Below, one piece after another: positions 43,885 to 57,142 of a stretch of 64,000 nucleotides of DNA (position 1 is its first letter; every line of letters starts with the position of its first letter). The position numbers and the translations under genes were made by a program. The DNA is from an uncultured delta proteobacterium (GTDB taxonomy: Bacteria > Myxococcota_A > Polyangia > Fen-1088), in the NCBI GenBank assembly GCA_963796685.1, contig CAWCMR010000008.1, positions 64,001 to 128,000 on the forward strand, given 5' to 3'. The notes below the pieces were generated by a model. The model worked only from the letters and a program-made list of their open reading frames with translations. It was not told the DNA's origin and made no database searches.

Positions 43885-46185
43885 GTGACCGCATCCAACG
43901 CGCCCTTTCGCATCCTCATGATCGAGGATGCCGACCGCGATGCCGACCGGGTGCTGCACCACCTGACCCGAGCCGGGATCGAGGTCGACTTCAGACGGGT
44001 CGATGGAATGCAAGCGTTCGGACAGGCGCTCGTCGAGCGCCCCTGGGACCTCCTCTTGTGCGCGGACCGTCCGCCGGATGTGGACGCGCTGAATGTCCTG
44101 GCGCTGGTCGACGCGAACGCCATCGACACCCCCGTCGTCCTGGTGTCGGACGCCATCCTCGGCGAGCGTGGCACCCTACTCAAACGGGCCGGCGCCCGCG
44201 ACCACGTGGCCAAGAGCGATCCGTTGCGACTCGTCGCCTGCGTCTACCGCACGATCGCAGGCACGCGACTGCGCGGCGAACGCGCACGCGCCGAGGCCGA
44301 ACGCGCGCGACTGACCACCGAGCTTCGACAGTCCGAGCACCGTTTCAAGCTGCTCTTCGGCAGCTTCACCGATCCGGTCCTGGTCCTCGATCTGGACGGC
44401 CACATCGTGAACGTCAACGACACGGCCTGCGAGATCCTGAGTCTGGAACGCGCCGAGCTGCTGGGCAGGAATTTCTGGGAGCTCGACGACTCGGACGTAC
44501 CGCCTGCCGTCCATGCCGCACGCATGGAGGCCGTGTGCCAGTTCGGCCATGCCCGCTGCGAGCTCAGCCACGTCCGGCTCGATGGGTCTCGGCTGTTCTT
44601 CGACACGAGTCTGCGCATCATCGAGCATGGCGGCGCGCCCGCCATCGTCGTGGTCGCCCGCGAGGTCAGCGAGCACAAGCGCGTCGCCGACGAGCTTCGA
44701 CAACTGACCGCCGAGCTGGAGCGGCGCGTGGCCGTGCGCACAGCCGAGCTCGAACGCTCGAACGCCGCGCTCGGCGAGGCCAAGGCGGAAGCCGATCGCG
44801 CCAATCGCGCCAAGAGCCTGTTCTTGGCCAGCATGTCGCACGAAATCCGCACGCCGCTCAACGCCATTCTCGGCTTTTCCCAGCTGCTGCTTCGCGACAC
44901 CGTCGTGGCGCCCGAGCACCGCGAGCAACTCTTGACCATCAATCGATTGGGGGAGCACCTGCTGGCGCTCATCAACGACATCCTGGAGATGTCCAAGATC
45001 GAGGCTGGCCGCGCCCATCTCCATCTCACCACCTTCGATTTGGGAGCGCTGGTCACGGACATCGCGGCCATGTTCAAGCTACGCGCGCAGAGCAAGGGCT
45101 TGTCGTTGGTGGTCAAGCTGTGCAAGGACCTGCCCGCGGCCGTGACGTCGGACGAAAACAAGATTCGGCAGGTCTTCATCAACCTGCTCGGCAACGCCGT
45201 GAAGTTCACCCAGTACGGCCAGATCACGTGGACCATCGGCACCGCGCAGACGGGAAGTGGCCACCACCTGGTCACTTCCGTCGATGACACCGGGCCCGGC
45301 ATCGACCCCGCCGAGATAGGACGGCTGTTCGACAAATTCGTACAGACCTCGCTCGGCATCCGCGCCGGAGGCACCGGACTTGGACTGGCCATCAGCCGTG
45401 AGTTCGCGCGCTTGCTCGGGGGCGACGTCACCGTCTCGAGCCAGGTCGGGAAGGGGGGCAGTTTCCATTTCGTCATCCCGCTCGTCGAGGGGCGGCAGGA
45501 CGAGCTTCAGGACAGCATGCGGCAGCGCCAGATCGCCGGGATCAAGCCGGGCACGGGACCCTGGCGCATCCTGGTCGTCGACGACCAGGCGGACAGTCGC
45601 TCTCTGTTGGTGAAAATCCTTTCCTCGGTGGGATTCGAGACCTGCGAGGCCGCAGATGGCGTGCAGGCCCTGCAGTCGTTCGAGACGCTGCGGCCCCACG
45701 CCATTCTCATGGATCTGCGCATGCCACACATGGATGGGTTCGAGACCACGCGCAGGATCAAGCAGAGCGAGCACGGTCGAGTCACGCCCATCATCGCGGT
45801 GACGGCCAGCACCTTCGAGGAAGATCGCAGGCGGGCTCTCGACGGCAACATGGACGACTTCGTGGGCAAGCCGTTCCACGACATGGAGCTACTCGAGATC
45901 CTGCGCGATCATTTGCGCGTCGAATACCTTTACGTCGAGGATCCGAGAACCCCCACCCCCATCTCGTTGCCCATCGGGCTTGCCGGCTGGCGGCCCGCGG
46001 TTCTCTCCAATGTACCGCCCCGTCTCCTCGATGAGTTACGTTCGGCCACGGTCGCGGCGGAGTATGATAGGGCCTTGGAAATCGTGCAGGACCTGGCTGC
46101 CACAGCACCAACCGCAGCCGAGGAGCTGCGCCGGCTGGTGCGAACCTACGACTACCAGGGCGTGATCGACAGGCTGGGAAGCTGA
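43885..46185 (+). CDS. hybrid histidine kinase (REC-like, PAS, HisKA, HATPase, REC)
   Basis: FLASMSHEIRTPLNAI, NLLGNAVKFT, DTGPGI, GTGLGL, ILVVDD..MDLRMP; start inferred at GTG 43885. Confidence 0.9.
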   Translation: MTASNAPFRILMIEDADRDADRVLHHLTRAGIEVDFRRVDGMQAFGQALVERPWDLLLCADRPPDVDALNVLALVDANAIDTPVVLVSDAILGERGTLLKRAGARDHVAKSDPLRLVACVYRTIAGTRLRGERARAEAERARLTTELRQSEHRFKLLFGSFTDPVLVLDLDGHIVNVNDTACEILSLERAELLGRNFWELDDSDVPPAVHAARMEAVCQFGHARCELSHVRLDGSRLFFDTSLRIIEHGGAPAIVVVAREVSEHKRVADELRQLTAELERRVAVRTAELERSNAALGEAKAEADRANRAKSLFLASMSHEIRTPLNAILGFSQLLLRDTVVAPEHREQLLTINRLGEHLLALINDILEMSKIEAGRAHLHLTTFDLGALVTDIAAMFKLRAQSKGLSLVVKLCKDLPAAVTSDENKIRQVFINLLGNAVKFTQYGQITWTIGTAQTGSGHHLVTSVDDTGPGIDPAEIGRLFDKFVQTSLGIRAGGTGLGLAISREFARLLGGDVTVSSQVGKGGSFHFVIPLVEGRQDELQDSMRQRQIAGIKPGTGPWRILVVDDQADSRSLLVKILSSVGFETCEAADGVQALQSFETLRPHAILMDLRMPHMDGFETTRRIKQSEHGRVTPIIAVTASTFEEDRRRALDGNMDDFVGKPFHDMELLEILRDHLRVEYLYVEDPRTPTPISLPIGLAGWRPAVLSNVPPRLLDELRSATVAAEYDRALEIVQDLAATAPTAAEELRRLVRTYDYQGVIDRLGS

Positions 46186-46190
46186 ACCCC

Positions 46191-47345
46191 ATGCGCGAAA
46201 GCCCATCCCCGGAGACCTCGGCACCGAGCATCCTGGTCGTGGATGACACCCCGGCCAACCTGCAGATGCTGGCGGACATGCTCAAGCGCCGCGGCTACCG
46301 GGCGCGGCCGGTTCCCAGCGGCCGGCTGGCCTTGTTGGCCAGCAAGGCGGATCCCCCGGATCTCATCCTGCTCGACGTGAACATGCCGGAGATGGACGGC
46401 TACGACGTGTGCGCCGAGCTGAAGAAGGATCCGGTCCTGGCGGCGATTCCCGTGCTCTTCATCAGCGCGTACGGGGAAACCGTCGACAAGATGCGGGCGT
46501 TCGCCGCGGGCGGGCTCGACTACATCACCAAGCCCTTTCACGTCGAGGAAGTCGAAGCGCGCGTCGCCATCCACCTGCAGCTCCGCCGCCAGAGCCGCGA
46601 GTTGGAAACCCTGCTGGTCAAGCAACGCGAGCTGGAAGGCATGCGCGACAGCATGGTGCACATGATCGTGCACGACCTGCGCGCGCCGCTCACCGCCGTG
46701 TTCAACTACCTCGATTTGGTGCGCGAACAAGAGGCGGGCTTCATCTCGCCCGAGTCCATGCAAAATCTCGATCTGGCCATGAAAGCCTCGCGCTGGATGG
46801 TCCAGATGGTGAACGTCCTGCTCGACGCCAGCAAGATCGAATCGGGACAGATGCTCCTGCGCATCGCGGAGTGCGACGCGAGCGATGTGGTCTCGGACGC
46901 CATCGACGCCATTCGTTCGCTGGCCGACGAGAAGAACGTGCTTTGCCATCTCGTGCATGTACGCGCCGCCATCGATCGCGATGCCATCGCCCGCGTGGTC
47001 CAGAACCTGGTCACCAACGCGGTGAAATTGACTCCGCCCGGTGGCGACGTCCATGTTTCGCTGCAAGGCAAAGACGGGATGTTACGCATCGAGGTCGCCG
47101 ACCACGGCCCCGGCATCGCGGCCGAGCACCATCCCAAGATCTTCGAAAAGTTCGGCCAGCTCGACACCAACGTTCGGCAAAGCATTCCCTCGTCGGGTCT
47201 CGGCCTCTACTTCTGCAAGCTGGCCGTCGAAGCCCACGGGGGCCGCATCGGTGTCGACAGCGAGGTCGGCCGGGGCAGCACCTTCTGGTTCGAGCTACCG
47301 CTTACGGCATGTTTGGTAGGGGCGGCTTTCAAACCCGCCCCATAG
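46191..47345 (+). CDS. hybrid response regulator/histidine kinase (REC-HisKA-HATPase)
   Basis: ILVVDD, LDVNMP, ITKPF, HDLRAPL, NAVK, DHGPGI, GLGL. Confidence 0.92.
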   Translation: MRESPSPETSAPSILVVDDTPANLQMLADMLKRRGYRARPVPSGRLALLASKADPPDLILLDVNMPEMDGYDVCAELKKDPVLAAIPVLFISAYGETVDKMRAFAAGGLDYITKPFHVEEVEARVAIHLQLRRQSRELETLLVKQRELEGMRDSMVHMIVHDLRAPLTAVFNYLDLVREQEAGFISPESMQNLDLAMKASRWMVQMVNVLLDASKIESGQMLLRIAECDASDVVSDAIDAIRSLADEKNVLCHLVHVRAAIDRDAIARVVQNLVTNAVKLTPPGGDVHVSLQGKDGMLRIEVADHGPGIAAEHHPKIFEKFGQLDTNVRQSIPSSGLGLYFCKLAVEAHGGRIGVDSEVGRGSTFWFELPLTACLVGAAFKPAP

Positions 47346-47348
47346 GCT

Positions 47349-49323
47349 CTAGAGCGAGCGCAGCCGTTCGCGGTCTTTCGCCGGAACCGCGGCGCGGGCC
47401 AGGCCCACCTCCTCGGCCATGGCGCCCAAGAAGGCATCGATGGTGGCGTCGGGCAACTCGCCCATGTTGGCGATTTGGACGTGATGGGCGCCAAGCTCGC
47501 CCTTACAGCGATAGATGATGAAGCCGCGCTCCTTCATGCGCGAGTACAGGGCGTCGATCTCGATGAAGGGGGGCACGCGTGCGGTGATGATGGTGTGCGA
47601 TTCCCGGCCGGTGTTGGTGAGGGACTGGAAGCCCAGATCCGTCAGCACGCGTCGGATGAGCAGGTTGCGGCGGCGGTAGGTTTCGCGCCGCGCCTGCACG
47701 CCGCCTTGTTCGAACAGCTCATCGAGCGCCTTTTCCAGCGCGAAGAAGGAGGACACGGCAGGGGTGAACGGCGTTTGCGCCAACTCGGTCAGATAGCGGC
47801 GGTAACGTTTCAGATCCAGGTAGTACACGCGCGGGGGGATGTCCGCGATGCGTGGCCACACCTGGGGTGCCACGCAAACGAAGGACACGCCGGACACCGA
47901 GTGCAGGCACTTGTTCGCCGACGATAGACAAACATCGATGTTGTCGCGAACCACGTCGAGATCCTCGGCTCCGAGCGACGACACGGCATCGACCACCAGG
48001 GTCACGGAACGCGCGCGGCAAATGCGGCCCACCGCGCCCACGGGATTCACGATTCCGATCGACGTCTCGTGATGAATCATGGCCACCACCGCGATCTCGG
48101 GATCGGCGATGAGCATCGCCTCGATTGCGGCAGGATCGGGCAAGGTTCCCCACGGACAAGCGAGCGAGACGTGCGGAATCCTGTGCAGGCGCGCGATCTC
48201 TCCCAGGCGCTCGCCGAAGGCGCCATTGGCCACGGTCAGGATCTTCTTGCCCTCGGGCACCACCGACGCGACCGCCATCTCCATGGCCGCCGTTCCCGAA
48301 CCGGTCAGCAGAAGCATGTCGTGTTCCGCGGAGGCCCCGAACACGGGCCGCAGCTTCTGTTGCAGCCGGCGTACCACGCCCGAGTAGTCCTCGTCGCGAT
48401 GGCAGACATCATAGTGAACCAAGGCGGCTTTCACGCCCGCCGAGGTCACCACCGGGCCGGGATTGAACAAGGTGTAGCGGGGCAGGTTCTTTTCCGCCAG
48501 CAAGCTCTCGATGAGGGCGAGCGTGTCGGCGCCCGTCGACCGCGTCGCCGACAAAGGCCCCGGATGGAGCAGATTCATCGCCGTAAACGCGCAGAAGCCA
48601 CTCGGCGTGCAGCCGCATCTCGGCCGAATCGACGTCCTGCCAGATGGCGCCCGCCACGTCGTGCGCCACCACCAGCCCGCGCCGCGCGGCCTCGGCCACC
48701 CCCTCGGTGAGCGAAGGTGCCTTGCCCTTCGCCAAGTCATCCAGACACGCGACAAGCGTGGGGGACATGACGAATAGGCCGACGCTGACCGCGTCGTGGT
48801 CGGCCATGATGCTTGCCGATGGCGGACACCCGCCTGTCCCGGCTCTTGTGATCCCGCAGCTTGACCTTGGTCGCGTCGTCGAAATCGAAGACGCGCGACA
48901 GATCGGGATCGACGGCCAGCACGGTCAGGTCGCCCTCGCACGGCTGCTGGGCCATTTCCCGGACCAGGTGGGGCGCGGCGATTTGATCCGACATCACGAG
49001 CAGGGTTCGCTCGCTGATGAACTTGCGCGCGGCCAGGACCGACGCCCCGTTGGGCTGCTCCCACGCCGGGTTGTCGAAAAACACCACCTCGGGCAGATCG
49101 CGCATCGGCCCGTTTCATGGCCTCGACCTCCTTGCGCACCCGCTGGGCGTCGAAACCCAAGCGTGATGGCGACGCGCCGAATTCCGGCGCCGGCCAGGAC
49201 CCGCAAGGTGCGCAGGAGCAGCGGACTTCCGCCCACCTTGACCAAACAATTGGCGGTCTCGGAATCGGCCACGGGCCGCCCACGTCCGGCGGCCAGGATC
49301 AACGCTTGACGAATAGTGCCCAA
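47349..49323 (-). CDS. nucleotidyltransferase-like domain fused to 2-aminoethylphosphonate-type class V aminotransferase; four +1 frameshifts in 5' part
   Basis: ILAAGRG, NGASV, DDATKV, WQDVD across consecutive frames, then LFNPGP, HHETS, VDAVSS, SSANKC (PhnW/AepZ-type PLP lysine), PFTP. Confidence 0.75.
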
Positions 49324-49484
49324 AACAGGGTGAGAATAACACGATGGCGATGGCATGGATCCACTCGGCTGCAATCGCCGTTCCCGATGACCATGGCCGT
49401 GATTCCGCAGCCAATCGCCCTTCGTTCAACGCCGAGCGTCCGCTCCTCGACAAGAGAACGACGAAAAGCTGACAGAAGGAATCG

Positions 49485-49775
49485 CTACTTGCTGACGGCT
49501 CGCGCGCTGTCCGCGGCGGAGGTGCCTGCGCGCACGCGCAACCGGTACACCGAGTTCTCGGTCTCCACGTAGATGTCGGGCTCGCCGAATTCGCCCAGCA
49601 CGCGGCGGACCGGCGTGGTCACCATGCGATGGCCGCTTGGCTCGCGAAAGATTACCATGCCGCGGCCGATGGTCGGGTAGCTGATGAGAAAACCTTGAAA
49701 AGCGCGGCCCAAACTGACCACGCTGGAGGGATCACGCGAGTTATCACGTATTTTTGTCGCCGTGATGCTGACCAT
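49485..49775 (-). CDS. hypothetical protein
   Basis: Short ORF with TTPVRRV..YVETENSVYRL; true start probably near 49720. Confidence 0.6.
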   Translation of the reverse strand: MVSITATKIRDNSRDPSSVVSLGRAFQGFLISYPTIGRGMVIFREPSGHRMVTTPVRRVLGEFGEPDIYVETENSVYRLRVRAGTSAADSARAVSK

Positions 49776-49834
49776 GCCGAAACCTTGAATGCCAGTTTAG
49801 CATAAACACCGCAAGCGCTATACTGTCGAGGAAT

Positions 49835-50788
49835 ATGCCGAAGCCGCCCCGCAGCCCCTTGCTTGGGTACAACCACAACGTCAAGTACGGCGGGCATATT
49901 TTCCACGTGCAGACGGAAGATTCGGGTCCGGGAAACCCCCATCTTTTCACGCACTTGTTCTTCGAGGGCAGCATCCTGGCCAGCAAGCGCGGCCAATACG
50001 AACCAGCCACGCCCGAAGACGAAGTGCGGGCCATGATGCAAGCCCAGCACAAGGCGATCCTGAAGGAGCTCAAGCAGGCTGCCTACGACGAGCGCATCGC
50101 GCGCTTCTTCGAAATGCGCGGTGAGACATTCCGCGCGGACGACTTCTTCTCCGAGCAAGTGCAGGTGCCAGTTGCGGTGGTGACCCCGAGCCGGTTACCC
50201 TCAGCGCCGACCCGGCAAAACCCCCTGCCGAGGTGGAGGTGCTGGATCTCGACGCGCTGCCGGTGCAACACCGACCGAGAGGGCGAGCACGCCGGAACCG
50301 CTTCCCATTCACGTGACGAAGCCGGCCGTTCCGGGGCCGGGGACCTATACCTTCCGACGCCCCTCGCGCGAGCAATTCTCCAGCGGCGCCCCCCCTACGC
50401 CACGAAGCCGGCTGCGGCCACGCGCACGGCGCCGGTTCGCCCCCTCACGCCCGTGGTCGTGCAGCGCCAGGTCGTCGTGGGCGGGGGAGGACCTGCCGCC
50501 ACTTCGGCACGCAAGGCTGCGACCACCCCGGTTCGCCGTAGGCCCGTATCTGGCGGCCCCTACGTCGTCAAGGAAGGCAGCTATGCCAATATCGTCGGCT
50601 CGGCCGCCAGCCGCAAAGCCGAGCCACCGCCCCGCCCCATCGCACCCATCTCCGAGGCCGAACAGGCGCCCCGCACGGCCGAACCCAAACCCCCGCCGCA
50701 GGAAGGCGCCCCCAGCGCCTTCGTCACCGATCAAAGCCTGGACGACGTCATCCTCGCCTACCTCTCCCAGGGCGAGAGGAAGCGCTAG
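49835..50788 (+). CDS. hypothetical protein with GYNHNV..FHVQTEDSG N-terminal domain and SLDDVILAYL tail
   Basis: Termini resemble a family I associate with myxobacteria; middle (50200-50400) appears to hop frames. Confidence 0.7.
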   Translation: MPKPPRSPLLGYNHNVKYGGHIFHVQTEDSGPGNPHLFTHLFFEGSILASKRGQYEPATPEDEVRAMMQAQHKAILKELKQAAYDERIARFFEMRGETFRADDFFSEQVQVPVAVVTPSRLPSAPTRQNPLPRWRCWISTRCRCNTDREGEHAGTASHSRDEAGRSGAGDLYLPTPLARAILQRRPPYATKPAAATRTAPVRPLTPVVVQRQVVVGGGGPAATSARKAATTPVRRRPVSGGPYVVKEGSYANIVGSAASRKAEPPPRPIAPISEAEQAPRTAEPKPPPQEGAPSAFVTDQSLDDVILAYLSQGERKR

Positions 50789-50858
50789 CCGTGGTCCGAG
50801 GCAGGGGCTGGGCGCCGCTCAGTAACGCCGCCGGGGCGAAGGCCCGGATCCTTCGGTC

Positions 50859-52199
50859 ATGAAACGTGGCAGCCCCTCACCCGCCTCGCTGCGCTCGGCG
50901 ACCTCTCCCCGCTCCGCTCCGCTGCGCGGGACGAGGTGGTTTCAGGTCAGGGGGCGAGGCCCGAGCACGTGCCTCGCCTGCCTGCTCGGTCTGCCGATGG
51001 TATTGGGATGCAGCAGCAACAGGGCGACGACCGATGCGGCCCTCGCCGTGGTCGACGTACCTTCGCCCCAAGGCGAGGAGGTGATGGCGACACCACCGAA
51101 CCTCGATGCCAGGGCCGGATCCGGGGGCGGGTCGCCATGCGACGCCCCCGAGCAGTGCCTGTCGGGGGCGTGCACGCTGGGCGTTTGTTCCGACTGGATG
51201 GGTGCCATGCAGATTGCCATCGACACCACGCCCGCCGGCGCGGCCGTGAATGAATCCGTCATGTCGTTCCCGTTGCTCGTCCGCTTGGACGCCAAGAACT
51301 TCGTCTTCGCGGAGGCGCGCCAGGATGGCTCCGACATCCGCTTCCTGGACGACAGCGGCAACACTTTGGCCTATCAAATCGAACGCTGGGATGCACAAAA
51401 GGCCATGGCGGAGGTTTGGGTGCTCGTTCCAAGGATTCTCGGCAACAGTCGCGACAACGTGCTTCGCATGTACTGGGGCAATCCACTTTCGGCTTCGACC
51501 TCGTCCGGCCCGGCGGTGTTCGGGAATTTCTCCTGCGTCTTCCACATGGAACAGGCGCCCAACGCCAGCGCCACCCAGATCGAGGACGATTCGGGCCACG
51601 ACAATTCGGGCACCGTGCAAAGTCAATCAAGCGCCGGGCCGCTTGGCGAAGGCGTCGCCGGTAGCGGACTTGCCTTGGACGGCAGCTCCATGATGAGCAC
51701 TGCGGACCGTCTGCCACCACCGCTGCCCGTCACTTTTTCCCTGTGGCTCAAGACCACCAGCAAGACGGGCGGAGGCATCGCGGGGTTCGCCAACAAACCA
51801 ACCAGCGACGACGCCACCTACGACCGCTTCGTGACGATGGATTCCAGCGGCCGGCTGTCGTTCGCGGTCCTGCATGGTGGCGCGCGCTCGACGCTGACCA
51901 GTCTGTCCGGCTACAACGATGGCCAGTGGCACCTCATCGTTGCTCGCTTCTCCAGCGCAGGACAGTATCTGTTCGTCGACGGCGACGACGTGGCCGACGA
52001 TCCGACGCTGACGAGTGCCGATGCCTATCCGGGATACTGGCGCTTCGGCGAAGAGCCAGCCAGTCCGGGCTACTATGTTTCCGGCAACCTGGATGAGGTC
52101 CGAGTCAGCAACAACGAGCTCAGCGACGCGTGGGTCAAACTGTCCTACGCAACCCAGCGCCCGGAGACGAATGCCGTGGTCTATTCCCGCCAACCCTAG
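50859..52199 (+). CDS. DUF2341 + LamG/ConA-like domain lipoprotein
   Basis: Lipobox VLGC, Cys-rich CDAPEQCLSGAC, FPLLVRL, DGSDIRF, YQIERW, MYWGN, DGQWH, LDEVR. Confidence 0.8.
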   Translation: MKRGSPSPASLRSATSPRSAPLRGTRWFQVRGRGPSTCLACLLGLPMVLGCSSNRATTDAALAVVDVPSPQGEEVMATPPNLDARAGSGGGSPCDAPEQCLSGACTLGVCSDWMGAMQIAIDTTPAGAAVNESVMSFPLLVRLDAKNFVFAEARQDGSDIRFLDDSGNTLAYQIERWDAQKAMAEVWVLVPRILGNSRDNVLRMYWGNPLSASTSSGPAVFGNFSCVFHMEQAPNASATQIEDDSGHDNSGTVQSQSSAGPLGEGVAGSGLALDGSSMMSTADRLPPPLPVTFSLWLKTTSKTGGGIAGFANKPTSDDATYDRFVTMDSSGRLSFAVLHGGARSTLTSLSGYNDGQWHLIVARFSSAGQYLFVDGDDVADDPTLTSADAYPGYWRFGEEPASPGYYVSGNLDEVRVSNNELSDAWVKLSYATQRPETNAVVYSRQP

Positions 52200-52204
52200 A
52201 CCGG

Positions 52205-52894
52205 CTACTTGCCCATCTCTCCCGTGTCCACCACACGCACGCCGGCGGGCGGGGTCCATTTGAAGAACGAGTCCGGGACCTTTGCATTCACTTCCAAGTC
52301 ATCGAAGATGAAGTGGTTGGTGTTGCCCTGCGAGTCTACCAGCACGCTCTCGCGCACCAGGAACTCCTTGGGATCGACGACGAAGAGGATCGATTTGTAG
52401 GCCGACTGCGGCTGCTTGGGTGAAAGCGCGAGACGAAAGTCCCCCGGGCGGCCGTGGTGGTCATCCTTGGCAAAGGTGACATCGAACTCGTCCGTGATCT
52501 TGCCCTTGCCCATCAGAAAGGCCAGCGCTGCCGGCAACTGCGAGGTCTTGAGGTCCTGCCTGAAAGCCTGCTTCTCCGTCGGTTCATAGAGCCAAAGAAC
52601 CTGTCCGTTGGACAGAAACATGCGTGGCTCGGGCTTGTCGTAGTCCCAGCGCATGCGGCCCGGCTTCTTGAAGGCGATGGTGCCCGTCGACAGCGTGGAC
52701 CTACCCACCACGGCACGGGTGTAGGTCTGCGAGAAGCGCGCGTGAAAATCCTTGGCCTGATCGTAGCGCTTCTGCATCCGTTCCAGCACCGTGCGCAGGT
52801 CGAGGGCAGACACCGGCGCCGTGCCTACAGGCGGCGCAACGGGCTCGGCCGCCGCGCCAGCGGACAAGACCAGCGCAAGAAGAAACGTCATCAT
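52205..52894 (-). CDS. lolA: outer-membrane lipoprotein carrier LolA
   Basis: ARFSQ, KKPGRMRWDY, WLYEP, PPAGV; directly downstream of ftsK. Confidence 0.9.
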   Translation of the reverse strand: MMTFLLALVLSAGAAAEPVAPPVGTAPVSALDLRTVLERMQKRYDQAKDFHARFSQTYTRAVVGRSTLSTGTIAFKKPGRMRWDYDKPEPRMFLSNGQVLWLYEPTEKQAFRQDLKTSQLPAALAFLMGKGKITDEFDVTFAKDDHHGRPGDFRLALSPKQPQSAYKSILFVVDPKEFLVRESVLVDSQGNTNHFIFDDLEVNAKVPDSFFKWTPPAGVRVVDTGEMGK

Positions 52895-53057
52895 GGCGTC
52901 GAGCTTACCCCAATGCGGGCGGCGATCACGGGGGATACCGCGGAAAGTGAAGAACCGCTCGGCCTGGGCTGGATCGAAGGAAGTTGTTCGGATCAGGATC
53001 CAGAAACCCTTCTTCCTCGGCCTCCGTGTCCTCTGTGTGTGTGTGGTGAAAATCCGG

Positions 53058-55908
<2,851 letters not shown>

Positions 55909-56095
55909 TTTGTACCTGGTGTGTGTCGGAGTATGTACTTCTCTTACTACCTATACCTACATCACCACCGTAGACCCAGGCCTGGAACCGTCAAGTTTTC
56001 GAGGCCAATGACCGTCAAATCGCGAAACGCAGCGATGACTCGATTAGACTACCGCAATGGGCCATGCCGATCCTGATGGGGTGAAGAACGGCCTC

Positions 56096-57142
56096 CTAGA
56101 AGCTCGCGCCCAGCCGCGCGCTGCCTAGCCACGTCGGCCGGCCCATGCTGCCAAGGTAGGTGCCCTCGGTGCTGTCGATCCTGACCTGACTTTGCAGCCA
56201 CAGGGTTCCGGCGCGCAATTCCAGGGAAAGAGAAGGAAGAACGCTCACCGCCAGCCCGACGGCGAGGCTTGCGCCAGGACTCGACAAGGTCGAGGTTTGG
56301 CCCTGCCCCACGCTCGGCGACTGGGCCTCGCCGCGCACGCGAAGCCAAAATTCCCCCCCGCCCGCTTCGACGAGCGGCTGCAAGCGGTGCCAGGTCCGGC
56401 CGAACACCGTCAAGGTCGCGCCCACGAAACGTGGATCCAGACTCACCCGCCCGCCGCTGCCGTCGTTGTGCGGGCTTGTCCCAAAGCCAAACGCGGTGGC
56501 ACCGACGCGGCACCATTCGGTCCATCGGTAGCCCACCTCGATCTGGGGGGTCAGCGCGGGCGAAAAGCGCGCGCTGCCGCCGAGCACGCCGAGCCCGGCC
56601 GCGAGGTAGCTGTGCCGGAGGGGCGAAGGTTGCGCCTGCGGCGCGGGACTCGCCGGCTCGGCCTGGCGCCCGGCCAGGGTGTCGAACATCCGGGCGCGAA
56701 TGAAGTCGACGGCGCGCACGGCAAGCACGACCTCGCTCCGGTCCGGTGCGTCGACGTCTTTGTCCGCGGTCAAATGCGCGACCGAGGTCTTGCCGCTGGC
56801 GCGGTCCAGAAACCACACATCGAGAGCGCGTGCAGATTGCCCACCTCCCTCGGGACCGGCAAAGGCCACCACGGCGGCCGAGCGCAACCCGCGCGAAAGC
56901 GCGTCCAGCCGGGCGAGGGTCATGGATTCCGTCGCCGCATCGACGAAGCGAACCTCGAATCCAACCGAGGTTGCTTCGCCACGCAAGCGATTGAGAGCCT
57001 CCAAGATGGCCCGATTCGCGTTGGTGGGCAGGGCGACCACGACCAACGCGGGCGGATTGCCTTCGCCCGGCTCGACGGGGGTATTGCCCACGACGTCGAC
57101 CTGAAGCAAGCCGAACAGACCTAGCACCAGCGCGGAGAGCAC
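56096..57142 (-). CDS. exported protein, possible outer-membrane beta-rich protein
   Basis: GTG overlapping the FecR gene stop; signal-like N-terminus, amphipathic beta strands, terminal Phe. Confidence 0.6.
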   Translation of the reverse strand: MLSALVLGLFGLLQVDVVGNTPVEPGEGNPPALVVVALPTNANRAILEALNRLRGEATSVGFEVRFVDAATESMTLARLDALSRGLRSAAVVAFAGPEGGGQSARALDVWFLDRASGKTSVAHLTADKDVDAPDRSEVVLAVRAVDFIRARMFDTLAGRQAEPASPAPQAQPSPLRHSYLAAGLGVLGGSARFSPALTPQIEVGYRWTEWCRVGATAFGFGTSPHNDGSGGRVSLDPRFVGATLTVFGRTWHRLQPLVEAGGGEFWLRVRGEAQSPSVGQGQTSTLSSPGASLAVGLAVSVLPSLSLELRAGTLWLQSQVRIDSTEGTYLGSMGRPTWLGSARLGASF

